A stretch of DNA of 64,000 bases, taken from Carcharhinus longimanus (Eukaryota). Position 1 is the stretch's first letter; every line of letters starts with the position of its first letter. This document shows, in pieces, positions 25,996 through 38,170 of the stretch. The notes below the pieces were generated by a model. That model saw only the letters and a program-made list of their open reading frames with translations, was not told where the DNA came from and made no database searches. The stretch is taken from assembly GCA_030264375.1 (NCBI GenBank), contig JASCQW010000032.1, positions 45,643,723 through 45,707,722 of the forward strand. The letters are read 5' to 3'. Made by a program: the position numbers and the translations under genes.

Positions 25996-27240
25996 AAATA
26001 ACGTAGAACAGTACAGCACAGTACAGGCCCTTCAGCCCTCAATGTTGTGCTGAGCTATGTCTAAACCCAAGACCAAGCTATCCCACTCCCTATAATTCTG
26101 GGGTGCTCCATGTGTACATGGTTTCTCTGGTTTTCTTCTCTCACATGTCTTAAAAAGCAGATGTATCTATGCAACTGCTATCTAATCTGAAACAATGGTC
26201 CCCAAATCAAGAGAACTTTGGAAGACAACAGTTAGGGCTGGGAAATGGGATTATTCCCCCTTGTTTCTGGTAACTTTTTACGCCAGATTTCATAATTGGT
26301 GGAAAAGTTCTGGCTGAACAACCAATAGGCAAAGCTGGTAAACTGTGCGGTTCTAGCTGGTTAAACTCCAAAAGTAAGGTGGTCTCCTTAAAATATGGAC
26401 GATGTCAGTTTACAGCTAAATTCTCTCTAAAATGAACTGAGGTATGACTTTTTAGAGGTGATTTCTTCATTGCACATCATATCAGTAAAACTCCAGTTTT
26501 TCTGGATTTCACAGTAGTTTGGTTTGCAGACTTTTAACCAAGTTGCTGGGTTTCTCCATATATCAAACAGCGAGTTGACAAAAAAATGTCTTTCCACTCC
26601 CATAGTTCCTTATTACAGTGTGGCATTCATTTTCCTCTAATTACAACTCTGTAAAGTGGAATGGACAGTTTTCTATGTCAATGGCACCATTTACATGTCA
26701 TTTGCACCAACTTCTGTAAATTTGTATGAGCCAAAACACACACTTGAGTGCATTTTCCCCTTATGTGGACTGTGAATATACAAGAGGAAACATTTTCAAC
26801 CTGACAGACTTTTTGGGGTATTTTCATGGTATGTTCATGTCCACATGTGGGATGGGGTTTAAGGTTGGCAAAAATGTCAGTGCATTTGGAAGTTGCTCCC
26901 AACAGGCATCTTCTGGTTTTAATTTGGATGACTTCAGTTGTGTGTCAATAATCCTTCCAGAGAGATAGGTTAGCAACTTGAATATTTAAATCACTGAATT
27001 GTCATGATATTTTAACTGGCATTTAAATTTCATAGTGCGTGCATGGGTTTCCTGGACTTTCTGAAAAGACAGCCTTGGACTCAAGGTGAGAGGAGAACAT
27101 CAATTCATGAGCCATATTAAAGTTAGGCAAGGAACAGAAATGAATAGGCAATATCCACAGCTGCTTTCTTACTTATTACTGGAAAAGGTGTGTTAAAAGT
27201 ATTTGCAGTGAGAGGCTAATTTCTGCACTATGAAGGTATG

Positions 27241-27672
27241 AATGATGACGTATCCACCATGCAGCTAAATTTTGAACATAGGTGATATAAGAAATGATCA
27301 AAAAGGATTACTGAGGACATCTAATTAGGATGGATAGTGCTATGGCTGCTTAGATTGAACCTTGGACAAGGAACATGATGACCAGGAGGAGCAGCAGCGG
27401 CCTTCTGTGGAAAGTCCAGCAGAAGATCTTAGACTGGCTGATGGCGGCTTTCTTGTTTGAATTTTGTATTCCCATTTGGGAAGTGCCTTGAGCTGGTGTT
27501 TAAAATATGTATCTGAATCAAAAACACTCCATAGTCTAAAAATTGAATGTTACTGAGAACTTGCCAAAACAATGAGAAACATAAAAACTGGCAATGATAA
27601 CGTATCCACCATGTAGCTTTTGAACATGGGTGATATAAGAAATGGTCAAAAAGAAGGATGACTGAGGACATC
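27241..27672. repeat. Direct repeat pair of about 80 bp (27241-27321 and 27593-27672)
   Basis: aatgat.acgtatccaccatg.agct...tttgaacat.ggtgatataagaaatg.tcaaaaag...gat.actgaggacatct is present twice, 352 bp apart. Confidence 0.85.
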
Positions 27673-27971
27673 TGAAATGTGGAATTATTTTATGATGCAC
27701 TCATAAATCTTAAGTTATTTTTCATATCATTGCTAAAGACAAACGCTGTCATAGCAACCACTTATTTAAACTTCAGGGAGATACTTTCTCTCAATTATCA
27801 TCCTACATGCTCATGTTTGCCCATTTAGCTATAAATAGCCCTTAGGTCATAAAGGTGAGGGAGAGAGATTGGTGGCTTAGGTGGTGGGGGTTGGGAAGGT
27901 ATTTTTCAACCATACTATTTTTTTGCAGACATTATTACTTATTTACTTATTTTGTCTAACATTTACCTAAT

Positions 27972-28322
27972 TCATAAAATCCCTACAGTACAGAAGGAGG
28001 CCATTTAGCCCATTGGTTCTGCACCAACTTTCCTGAAAGAGCACCTTACCCAGGCCCACCCTCCACCCTATCCTTGTAACCCCACACATTTACCATGGTT
28101 AATCCATCTAACCACATCTTTGTAGACTAAGGGGCAATTTAAGCATGGCCAATTCACCAAACCTGCACATCTTTGAAATGTGGGAGGGAACCAGAGTATC
28201 CAGAGGAAACCCACATAGAGACCAGAGAATGTGCAAACTCCACACAGTTACCCAAGGCAGGAATCGAACTTGGGTCCCTGGTGCTGTGAGACAGCCATAC
28301 TTAACCTCTGTGCCACCATGCC
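27972..28322 (-). mobile_element. HE1-like V-SINE, full length
   Basis: The + strand runs from tcataaaatccctacagtacagaaggaggcc (tail) to gaatcgaacttgggtccctgg...tgtgccaccatg (head). Confidence 0.9.
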
Positions 28323-28619
28323 CTCTTTCTCTGAAGCATCACAATCTGAATCAAGGGTATTTATTCCTGAGCCCTAGATGTCAAATATGTAGCATTCTCA
28401 CATTCTACACATGAGCAAGTGTAAAGGGAAGATAGTTTGCTGGGAAGATTAGGAGCATAAACAATGTGCAAACTCCATTTCACTTCCTGGTACTGTAGGA
28501 GATGTTGTCCAGTATTTGTGAAGTTTATGATTTTCTAATTTCCACCCAGGATCCTTTGGATTCTAGCAAGTTCTAAATATATCGCTTGTGTGTTGCAGAC
28601 TGGTAACTTGCACACTTTA

Positions 28620-29110
28620 GCTCTTGGGACTAAAGGGATCAAAGGATATGGGGAGAAAGCAAGAACAAGTTACTGAGTTGGATGATCAGCCACGATAATA
28701 ATGGCAGAGCAGGCTCAAAGGACTGAACGGCCTATTCCTCCTATTTTCTAAATTTCTATTTATACGCTTATACAATGAATTGTTGTTTGATAGGAAGCAG
28801 CTCTTTGCATAATTTCCAGCCCTGAACATTTGCCATCTGGCCTAGTTCACATCTTTACATCAAACCTGGCCATAGAGCTCACAATGTATGCCTCTGGTTC
28901 TTCACAAAGATTGTGAAATGGCAAATCTTGGCCTTAAANNNNNNNNNNNNNNNNNNNNNNNNNNNNNNNNNNNNNNNNNNNNNNNNNNNNNNNNNNNNNN
29001 NNNNNNNNNNNNNNNNNNNNNNNNNNNNNNNNNNNNNNTGATCTTATTGAATGGCGGGGCAGGCTCGAAGGGCTAGATGGCCTACTCCTGCTCCTATTTC
29101 TTATGTTCTT
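28620..29110 (+). mobile_element. Two short CR1 3' tails (28620-28760 and 29039-29110)
   Basis: atggcagagcaggctcaaaggactgaacggcctattcctc and atggcggggcaggctcgaagggctagatggcctactcctgctcct. Confidence 0.75.
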
Positions 29111-29644
29111 AATTCTCTCGTCTCAGGTGGCCCACTACCGCTGCCAGCGAGAACGGAGAATTTGCGCTGAGCCAAAGTTCCATTCTCTGGGACAAACAGG
29201 ATGGGCTGAATGGCCTCCTTCTGCACGGCCACAATTCTGGTGCATTTGGAAGGCCTCATGAAAGGTGCATCTTCTAAATTAGCAGTCACCAGGAAGTGGA
29301 ACATGAAGGAAATGCCACCCTGAGGCAGTAGAGGGTGTTCTTCTGAGATTGGAGCCTGACAACACCTTTAGCTGGGACAGGGTCGATTAAACAGTTAATT
29401 ATACTATCCTCATCTCAATGGTTGAATGTTAATATCCCTCACCATTCACAAAAAATCTTCTTCAGCAATAAGCAAAACAACATGTCTACGTATCTAATAA
29501 AATGTGAAGCCAGGGTCATCATTTACCCTGACATTGTATCCACTGGATTTACATCGATGGGGACTAGGCCATGTTACTAAAGAAGCAATATTATAGTCAT
29601 TTAAATTTGGGTAACTCAGCTATGAACGCAGTCACTTCAAAAGT

Positions 29645-31065
29645 ACAGATCAGCTGGCGGGGGTAATCACAGACATCTCCAACCTCTCTTTACAACAATC
29701 TGAGCTCCTATCTGCTTCAAGAAGATGACCATCGTCCCGGTACCTAAGAAAAACCAAGCAGTGTGCCTTCATGACTATTGGCCGGTGGTTCTGACATCCA
29801 TCATTATGAAGGGCTTCAAAAGGTTAATCATGGCACAAATCAATTCCCGGACTACCTGGATCCACTACAGTTTGCCTGCCATGGCAACAAGTCCACAGCA
29901 GATGCCATTTCCCTGTCCCTACACTCAACCTTGGAACACCTAGAAAACAAGGACACCTATGTCAGACTCCTATTTATTGACTACAGCTCAGCCTTCAACA
30001 CTATTATTCCCATGAAACTCAACTCCAAACTCTATGGCCTGGGCCTCAGCACCTCCCTCTGCAACTGGATCCTAAACTTCCTAACACATAGACCACAACC
30101 AGTAAGGATAGGCAACAAAACCTCCTCCACGATCATCCTCAGCACCTATGCCCCACAAGGCTGTGTTCTCAGCCCCCCACTATATTCCTTATACACCTAT
30201 AACTGTGTGGCCAAGTTCCCCTCCAATTTAATTTTCAAGTTTGCTGACGACACCACCATAGTGGGTCAGATCTCAAGCATTGACCAGTCAGAGTACAGGA
30301 ATGAGATAGAGAATCTGGTGAACTGGTGTGCAACAATAATCTTTCCTTCAATGTCAACAAAACAAAGGAGATTATCGACTTCAGAACATGTAATGGCAAA
30401 CATGCTCCTGTTTACATCAACAGGGATGAAGTAGAAAGTTTTTAGATGTCCAGATCACCAACAATCTGTCCTGTTCACCCCATGCCAACACTATAGTTAA
30501 GAAAGCCCACCAATGCCTCTACTTTCTCAGAAGGAAATCTGGCATGTCAGTTATGACTCTCACCAACTTCTACAGACGCATTATAGAAAGCATTCTTTCT
30601 GGTTGTATCACAGCTTGGTATAGCTCCTGCTCTGCCCAAGACCATAAGAAAATACAAAAGGTCATGAATGTAGCTCTGTCCGTCACACAAACCAGCCTCC
30701 CATCCATTGACTCTGTCTACACATCCTGCTGCCTCAGCAAAGCAGCCAGCATAATTAAGGACCACACACACCTCGGACATTCTCTCTTCCATCTTCTTCC
30801 TTCAGGAAAAAGATACAAAAGTCTGAGGTCACATACCAATCGACTCAAGAACAGCTTCTTTCCTGCTGCTGTCAGACTTTTGAATGGACTTACCTTGCAT
30901 CAAGTTGATCTTTCTCTACACCTTAGCTATGACTATAACACTACATTCTTCACTGTCTTATTTCCTTCTCTATGAACGGTATGTTTTGTCTGTATGGGGC
31001 ACAAGAAACAGTACTTTTCACTGTATGCTAATACATGTGACAATAATAAATCAAATCCAATCAAA
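29645..31065 (+). mobile_element. Rex1/Babar-clade LINE, 5'-truncated with relatively intact RT
   Basis: LDPLQFA...[40 protein letters not shown]...APQGCVLSP...[10 protein letters not shown], followed by LTNFYRRIIESILSGCITAWY. The tail is the same as at about 14060. Confidence 0.93.
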
Positions 31066-31099
31066 CACACATTTCTATCAAAATGATCAAAGATATGAT

Positions 31100-32600
31100 G
31101 AGCATCAGTTATACACATGTTGTATTCTTTCCCTGGTAAAAGTAGACCTTAGCATCGTTGTCCTTGTAAAATGCCCAAAACAGTACAAAGACACTGGTTT
31201 CAGGACTGTTTATGACAACAGGCTCATTGGAACTGGCTCCCAACGCACTGACTATGAAGCAGTTCATATGTTGGTTTCTTCTTGGTTAGAGAACAGTGCT
31301 AGGATTGATACCACCTCCAGATCAGTTTTGCTGTCGTTTTGGTGAAGAGCATGACAATATTTCCACATCCAACTAAGAGTGTTATGTCATCAATGATCTC
31401 TTGCAGATCTGCACTATCTTTCATAGAGGGACTGGAGTAGGTTTTCTTTGCTGTCACTGTAAGACAAAATTTTTGACTGCTACTTCATTCATTTCTGGTC
31501 AAGAGAAAACATTTTATTGATTTGCATTCCTCCAACTCATCTCCATTCCTTTTCACCACTCTTGATGCTGTTGGTCTATCCAGAAGCGAGTAGATTACTC
31601 TTGACTTATCATTTTTGCTTGTCTCACAAAAGCTCTCAGTATTTGGTCAACAAACTGTCCAAATGTAGATTGTGCCTTCATGAATCAGTGCCGTAGTATC
31701 CCAGACCCTGTTGTCCCACTTGCAATTATATCAATGGAGGGGGCTGGATTGACTGACCTTTCAAGGAAGTGTAAGAGCAATGTTTTGTCTTGATGAGGGA
31801 TCTATCATGATTAGTCAGAGCCAAAGGTAACATTCACAATGTATGAACCAGCATGTCACAATGCCCCCTTTTTTATTACTCCAACAGATAATTGTTTGGC
31901 AAATATGTTTCAATCTTTCAATACAGTTCTTTTAGAGAAATCTCCCGACCCTTTATTTTGATTACCATACATTTGCTTGTGTCTTTGAAACTCTTCAATT
32001 TTGTTTTCTTAATAGATCGTGAAAGCTGACATCCAAGTTCTGTATTATTTCTGAAAAAAATCATGAATGTTCCATCTCCCTTTTCTTTGGTCTCTGTAAG
32101 GTCCTAGACTACAGGTGCTGGTATAACTTGGCTCTGATGTTTTCAAGGAAGGATCAAAGCATTATCCATATTTTTAATGGTGTCCATGACATTCTTCACA
32201 TCATTTTCATGGTGCTCCTGCCTTCTCTTGTTCAAGTCAATGCATAATTTCATTCACTGTTACCAGCTTCTGCTTATAGCAGCCCCCTCATGCTGTGACA
32301 AGGTCCAACTGTGTAAAATTCCCTTGTTGAGAGTAAATCCAATCAAACCTTCCTTTATTTTGGAATCACGATTGGGTGTCCGTTCAAACGTTAATCACAT
32401 GCAGTCTGGAAGAATCCTTACTTTTAATATCTTTGGGCAACAAGTTGTTCTGTTTGTAACTCTGCTTGTTTCAGGCAGGCTGCCAGTTAATTGGCTAGCC
32501 AGTGTGAAATCATGCTTGCAGTCTTGATTGCATCCAGAAACACATATCGCTTCCACTTCCAGGACCGCCAATCACATGTCTCCTACAAGTTCAAGATTTG
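31100..32600 (-). mobile_element. Heavily decayed Gypsy-like gag/pol remnant
   Basis: Minus-strand DWRSWKWKRYVFLDAI resembles the gag N-terminal NW..W...F..Y motif. Further support is DSKIKE and weak RT/RNaseH-like pieces toward 31100-31600. Confidence 0.4.
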
Positions 32601-32721
32601 GGCCCATGTGATTTCTGCATATTTTGTAACAATATTTGCTACAAAATTCTCAACTTTGAAGATGGAAACATTGATTTTTGTGACATGTGGTCTCTAAACT
32701 AATATTACAAATTTGACCTGC

Positions 32722-33065
32722 TGGGGAGGCAGTGGTGTAATGGTATTATCTCTGGACTAGTAATCCAGAGGCCCAGGATAATCCTCTGGGGACCTGGGTT
32801 TGAATCCCACCACAAGCAGATGGTGAAATTTGAATTCAATAAAAATCTGAAATTAAAAGTAATAATAGCCATGAAGCTATTCTGATTGTTAGAAAAACCC
32901 ATATGGTACACTAATATCCTTTAGGGAAGGAAATCTGCTGTCCTTACCTGGTTTGGTCTACACATGATTTCAGACTCACAGCCATGGTTGACTCTTAAAT
33001 GCCATCAGGGATGGCAATAAATGCTGGTCCAGCCAGCAACGCTCACATCCCATGAATGAATATAA
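32722..33065 (+). mobile_element. tRNA-derived SINE whose 3' tail matches the 50705-51712 LINE family
   Basis: A-box gtggtgtaatgg, B-box gggtttgaatccc and tail gcaataaatgctggtccagccagcaacgctcacatcccatgaatgaat. Confidence 0.85.
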
Positions 33066-33289
33066 AACAAAACTTTCAAGGAAGGGACTACAGAAATCCA
33101 TCTTTTTGAGAGTAGGCCCACAGTGTAATAGCAACAAAATAATAAGAGAGGGAATCAACAGCCGGGGGAAGCTCACAGAGGGTACTGCCCACGTAATAGG
33201 ATGCAGAAGCAAATGCTGCCAATTAGGGACTTAATTGCCCCAGGACTCCTAGAGATCCAGTCAGCAGCAGTGCCACCAGTCTGGACAGG

Positions 33290-33425
33290 AAATGTCCAAT
33301 CGTAATGTTAAATTCCACCATTAATTCTATTTTCTTTGTGATGTTGCATGACCTGCTGAGTATTTCCAGCATTTTCTTTTCTTTACTTCAGATTTCCAGC
33401 ATCCATGATATTTTGCTTTTTTACA
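33290..33425 (+). mobile_element. Penelope-type terminal repeat fragment, old
   Basis: gatgttgcatgacctgctgagtatttccagcattttc...cagatttccagcatc is homologous to 62060-62100. Confidence 0.6.
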
Positions 33426-34249
33426 GTGTGATTCAGTGTTGTGTGACTTGTGAGTCATTGATCCCCAGCACTTTCTTTATTATGGTTAACAATTAAGAAA
33501 CCTTTGGAGAACCATGTCTAGTCCTCTTCCTAGCGTTCTATACTCTCTTATGACTCACATCAGGAAAGGCAAGCACCAGTAACTGGCACATTCATCATTA
33601 AATATGCAGGTTGTGCTCTGAAGATACAATAGGGGTTCAACTGTTCATTTTCCAGTCCCTCCACGGGGAAAACACTGTCATTTTCCCACCAGGCCAACCT
33701 AACAGGAAACGGAATCTGAGCCAGAAACTACCCAAGAAGGTAATTTTTTTTTCACTTTCCTCTTGGGACCAGGAAGACCATCCTGAACCCATCCTGGAAA
33801 GTTATCTGAGTACCTAGGACTGTTTCTTTGATCTCCAAGTATTGGTTCAGTGTGCCATATGCAGAAAATACAGGTGAGGTGTACTGTTGCCAAATTTCAT
33901 AACAGGACTTCATATGAATATTTTTCTCCTTCTCCCCACAGCTGCTAAGTGTCAAATCTAGTCAAACCTAAGGTATGGAAATTCATTAGCATATTTAAAT
34001 TACTGACCCACCTCTGGAGAACAGGTTACTAGCATGCCTTCCAAATCTCCCAGGTTAAATGGTTAAATTGCAAGTAAGCACCTTCAGGACAGTTTAGGGT
34101 CAGATTTCAGATTTTCCAGACTTCAAAACCACTCCCCTCCTCCCACCGCAGTCCTGCCACTTTCCCACCCACCCTTGTGGAATAGGGTTTTACCTAATAT
34201 GTAATTTAGTAGACCATCAAATAAAATTTAGTTTTTGTTTTGAATTATC

Positions 34250-34970
34250 AAAGGAGAACCCCTTGTTCTTTAAATAATGCCATGGGATCCTTTAAGCTCA
34301 CCTAACTCACTCACACAGGAAAAGGATGGTCTCATTTGGCATCCCAGCCAAAAGGCAGCATCTTACACAATATAGCATTTATTCTATACTACACAACCTA
34401 GTTTATGTACTGAAGTTGTATGTTGGAGCTTAAACCTTCTAACGACAGCACTGCAATCTGAGACAAGCTGACAGTTGAAACATATTACAAAGCAAATTTT
34501 GGCTGTACATTTTGAATTTTGAATAAATGTATAATTTAACTGGTTAATCTGTTTGCTGGGTGTTCATTTGTGACATGATAGTGAAGTGACTTGTTGAAGT
34601 ATATGGTGATGTTCATTTGCGCAGCCACCTGCTGCAGTGAGCTCTCAATCCTATAGCTTTGTTCCGCTTTAAGATTGATTCATGTAAACGTTACGCATTT
34701 GTCCCTGTTATGGGTGCCATTCATATATAAGAGAGAGAAAGAAAAAAATAAGATTCCTTGTGCCACCTTTCATGAGCTCAAAGCAGTTCATTGCCATGGA
34801 TTACTTTTGAAATGTTATCACAGTTGCAACGCAGAAAATTGCAACAGTCAGTGTGTAGACAGTAAGCTTGCAGCAATAATCAGCTAATCTATTTTAGTAC
34901 TGTTGGTTGCAGGATAAATATTGGCTAGGACACTCGGAGAACTTTCTGGTCTTCTTCAAATAGTGCCAGG
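34250..34970 (-). mobile_element. Two Deu-domain SINE fragments (34250-34472 and 34740-34970)
   Basis: aataatgccatgggatccttta and ggataaatattggctaggacactcggagaact...cttcttcaaatagtgcca are reverse complements of the Deu core. Confidence 0.7.
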
Positions 34971-36395
34971 ACTGACTTGGGAGATATGTCCAGACTATCT
35001 AGAGAATCAATCTACTTTGGTTCCTATGTGGGTGGGCTGAACCATTCAGCCTAAAATGGCCAAGAAACATATCTGTTTCCACTTGTCACAGCAATATCAT
35101 TGGAACATTGCCCCCTTTAGTAAGTCTTCTATCATTTTTGAGCAGCACTGGTGCCAGTTTGTTTATTTAAGATTGCGGTGGCAGGCTGATAATGTAAATA
35201 TACAATTAGTCAGGTTGTTGGGACACGTATGGCAGAAAACAAAAGGAAAGAAATTTGGGGTTCAAGTTATCTGCTCTATGCATTTATAACAGCTGATTAT
35301 AGAGATCTGGTGGAAGTGGTAAAAAATGTGTGGAAGAGGACTAAAGAGGAAAGAAAATGACACAAAAATGGTGGTTGGAAGCTAGGAATTAAGAATCTGC
35401 AATTTGCTGCAATCAAGGTTTTGTTACAGAAATGCAGGAACATTTCTATCTATGAGTTCAAAATCTTGCAGTATTTTTCTTGGAAATTCATGTTGCTATC
35501 CTTGATTAGCTGTTAATGGGGGGGATTTAAATGAAGGATGAGCTGTGGAGACAAGAAAATAAATGGAGAAATTAGCAGTTGACAAGTGGACATGGCTTTT
35601 GGTTATTGAATAGTTAACATTTTGATTTAATGTTGTAGGATCAGGAAAGGAAATGGAACAAAAACAGTTAAGAACGCCTCGTCGACGAATGCAGCAGCCC
35701 AAAATGCTGAACAGCCCTGAGGACAGCCTGTACTATAACCAGTTAAATGTGAGTTCAAAGTAGCAATAAAGCTCTTTTGCTGACTTTGGGTCCAGATGAT
35801 AATACCATTATAAATACCTGCCCCAACCTCTCCAGCCCCACCCCCATGCTCTTCTTCTGTCTGTCTTCGTNNNNNNNNNNNNNNNNNNNNNNNNNNNNNN
35901 NNNNNNNNNNNNNNNNNNNNNNNNNNNNNNNNNNNNNNNNNNNNNNNNNNNNNNNNNNNNNNNNNNNNNNNNNNNNNNNNNNNNNNNNNNNNNNNNNNNN
36001 NNNNNNNNNNNNNNNNNNNNNNNNNNNNNNNNNNNNNNNNNNNNNNNNNNNNNNNNNNNNNNNNNNNNNNNNNNNNNNNNNNNNNNNNNNNNNNNNNNTG
36101 ACTGTGTGTTCTTGGCCTTCTCCACAGGGAATCCTACAATACCAAGGGAGTAAAAGAAAGCCAAGAAAACTTGGGTAAACAGATACTCTCAGTTCTTTCC
36201 AACTGTAAATAAAGCAAACTATTGTGTTTTAGATTTCTGTATTTTTATACTTCTAAAAATTAGAATAAAGAGTCTCCATGAAACAACCCCTTTAATTTAA
36301 GATTACGTGATTGACATGATTAATAGAGGGTATTTTACATGTGAAAAGCTTTGTTATGCATGCTGATAAGTTACCTTTCTTCCTCTTTATCACAG

Positions 36396-36528
36396 TCAAA
36401 TCAAAGTGCTGGACATTGAAGATGAATATTACAAATCACTGTCATCTATTGAACCAGTCCCTGAGGAAGATGATTCATTGAGCCCTCCTCCTCCTATTCC
36501 AAGAGGACCAGGCTTTACTCATAGTTAA
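36396..36528 (+). CDS. Last coding exon of the unidentified gene (exon probably continues to a donor after 36543)
   Basis: Branch-like ctgat, polypyrimidine tract and cag acceptor. The open frame is QIKVLDIEDEYYKSLSSIEPVPEEDDSLSPPPPIPRGPGFTHS*, and ag|gtaatt lies 15 nt after the TAA. The flanks are non-repetitive and AT-rich. Confidence 0.8.
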
Positions 36529-37784
36529 AAGTGGACTCTATAGGTAATTCAATGATTTTATATTTCTCAGTAAAATTTGACCAACCGATATTTTTAGTGC
36601 CAATTTTTGTAAACAATACATTGGAATAAGCACATACAGCCTAATGGATTTTTTAAAGTAAACAATAGAAAGGTATAAGAAACAAATAATCCCTGAAAAT
36701 AATTAATTAACCTTTGTTAAATTTTGCTATCAGAAAAAAATACACTAAAACTTATTTCTATGAAGTGCCCCTGTGATTTTTTTTAGCTTCTTGCTCTTTC
36801 ATTCATGTCCATCTCCATGGGCTTTTAATATTGCTTACAAGTGTTAAAGTATTCCTAATATCGATCTGCAAGTTTTCGGTCAATTCCGCCATTAATTTAT
36901 TCACAATTTGAACGCTAAAGGGCTCTATATTTGTACCATATCTTGCATTAAATAATATTCTGTACAAAAATCACTTCATCAAAACTAAAATATAATCAGA
37001 AAGTATGAAGGCTAATAGATAACTTCAATAATCTGTGAATAAATTAGAAACTGTCCTTCATTATATCCAAACTTTTTTCAATAATTCTCAACATGATAAT
37101 ATCAGGAAAGGTTGTGAAACTGTAAGATGCTAAACAAAACTGCATATACTTTATCCTCTAGGATTCTGTGTAGTAACTAATTATTTACAATTGGTAGGGA
37201 CAATAAAAATCATAGTTTATTTAGAATGGCAGTGCAAGTTACAGCAGGTAATAAATCCAACCTTGCACACCTGTCACTAAAGGAAATTTCCCCTAGTAGC
37301 TCAGCGTGGGCTCAGGGAACAGCACGGAGGCCTCTTATGTTTGTGGTGTTGGCTTGCAGAGTAACAAATGGGCTGTCCAGGTGTCCTTTGATGCCTCCAG
37401 GTCATGATGTGTGCTTGCTACAGCCAATGCATAACTGGAAATAATTCAGCTGATATACATACTGCTTCCTAACATAAGATTATTCTACAGTTTGCACATT
37501 TGCTTTCATTTCGAATACATTTTTAAACATACTCTGTATAATTTTGAAATAACATAAACAAAATATATTTAGCTGATCTATAGATCTGCTTACTTTAACG
37601 GTTTATTTCGATTCTTCAAGGTGAAATATTTCAAATATTTCAAGTAGAACTCTTTTGTGTCGTGTCGACATCAATTACACTAGATCAGTTTAGAAGCAAA
37701 GTTGTATCAAATGAGACCCAAATTAATCACCATTTTCAGCAGGCTTATTAAGTCAAATCCCATCTGCCTTTTTGGATGTAAATC

Positions 37785-38170
37785 CATGGGAGTTTTTCAA
37801 GAGAGGCACAAAGTGAGGTGCGATCTAAGAGAGGGTGCCTTTGATGCGCATAGTGCACCCCCAATGATGTACGCCCTTCCCCCTCCTTCCCACCCTTTCA
37901 CCAAGTTTGGTGAAAAAACAGCCTTCCCACTCTCGCCTGCCTGCCACTGCCTAGCATATTATGCCAGTGTAGGCTCTTTTTTGCTCCTGAATTGGGCAGT
38001 TAAGGGCCACAACAGGCCTAAAAGGGTGGGCGGAATATGGGGCACCTTACCCACTCTCATATTGTGTGGACCAGGTTGCTGGGCAGGAAAGCAGTGGGCA
38101 ACCCACCTGATGTATTTTATGTGCCCCCACTGAAAATACACTCACCTGGAGGGTTGTAAAACTACCCCCC
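37785..38170. mobile_element. MITE-like non-autonomous DNA element
   Basis: Imperfect inverted ends gggagtttttca / tgtaaaactaccccc, with a GC-richer interior that resembles other local MITEs. Confidence 0.45.

Noticed and set aside
29778-30975. 218-aa and 143-aa RT ORFs as an active or novel reverse-transcriptase system
   Set aside because: This is a 5'-truncated, frameshifted Rex1/Babar LINE, with a second decayed copy at 12805-14085.
33840-33972. Two small ag/gt-bounded segments as extra exons
   Set aside because: The 33942-33972 segment has stops in all three frames. Both lie in MITE-like sequence and are not needed to keep the 19339-36396 frame.
37226-37444. 72-aa ORF after the terminal coding exon
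   Set aside because: No recognisable protein features and a weak acceptor. It is better explained as non-coding.
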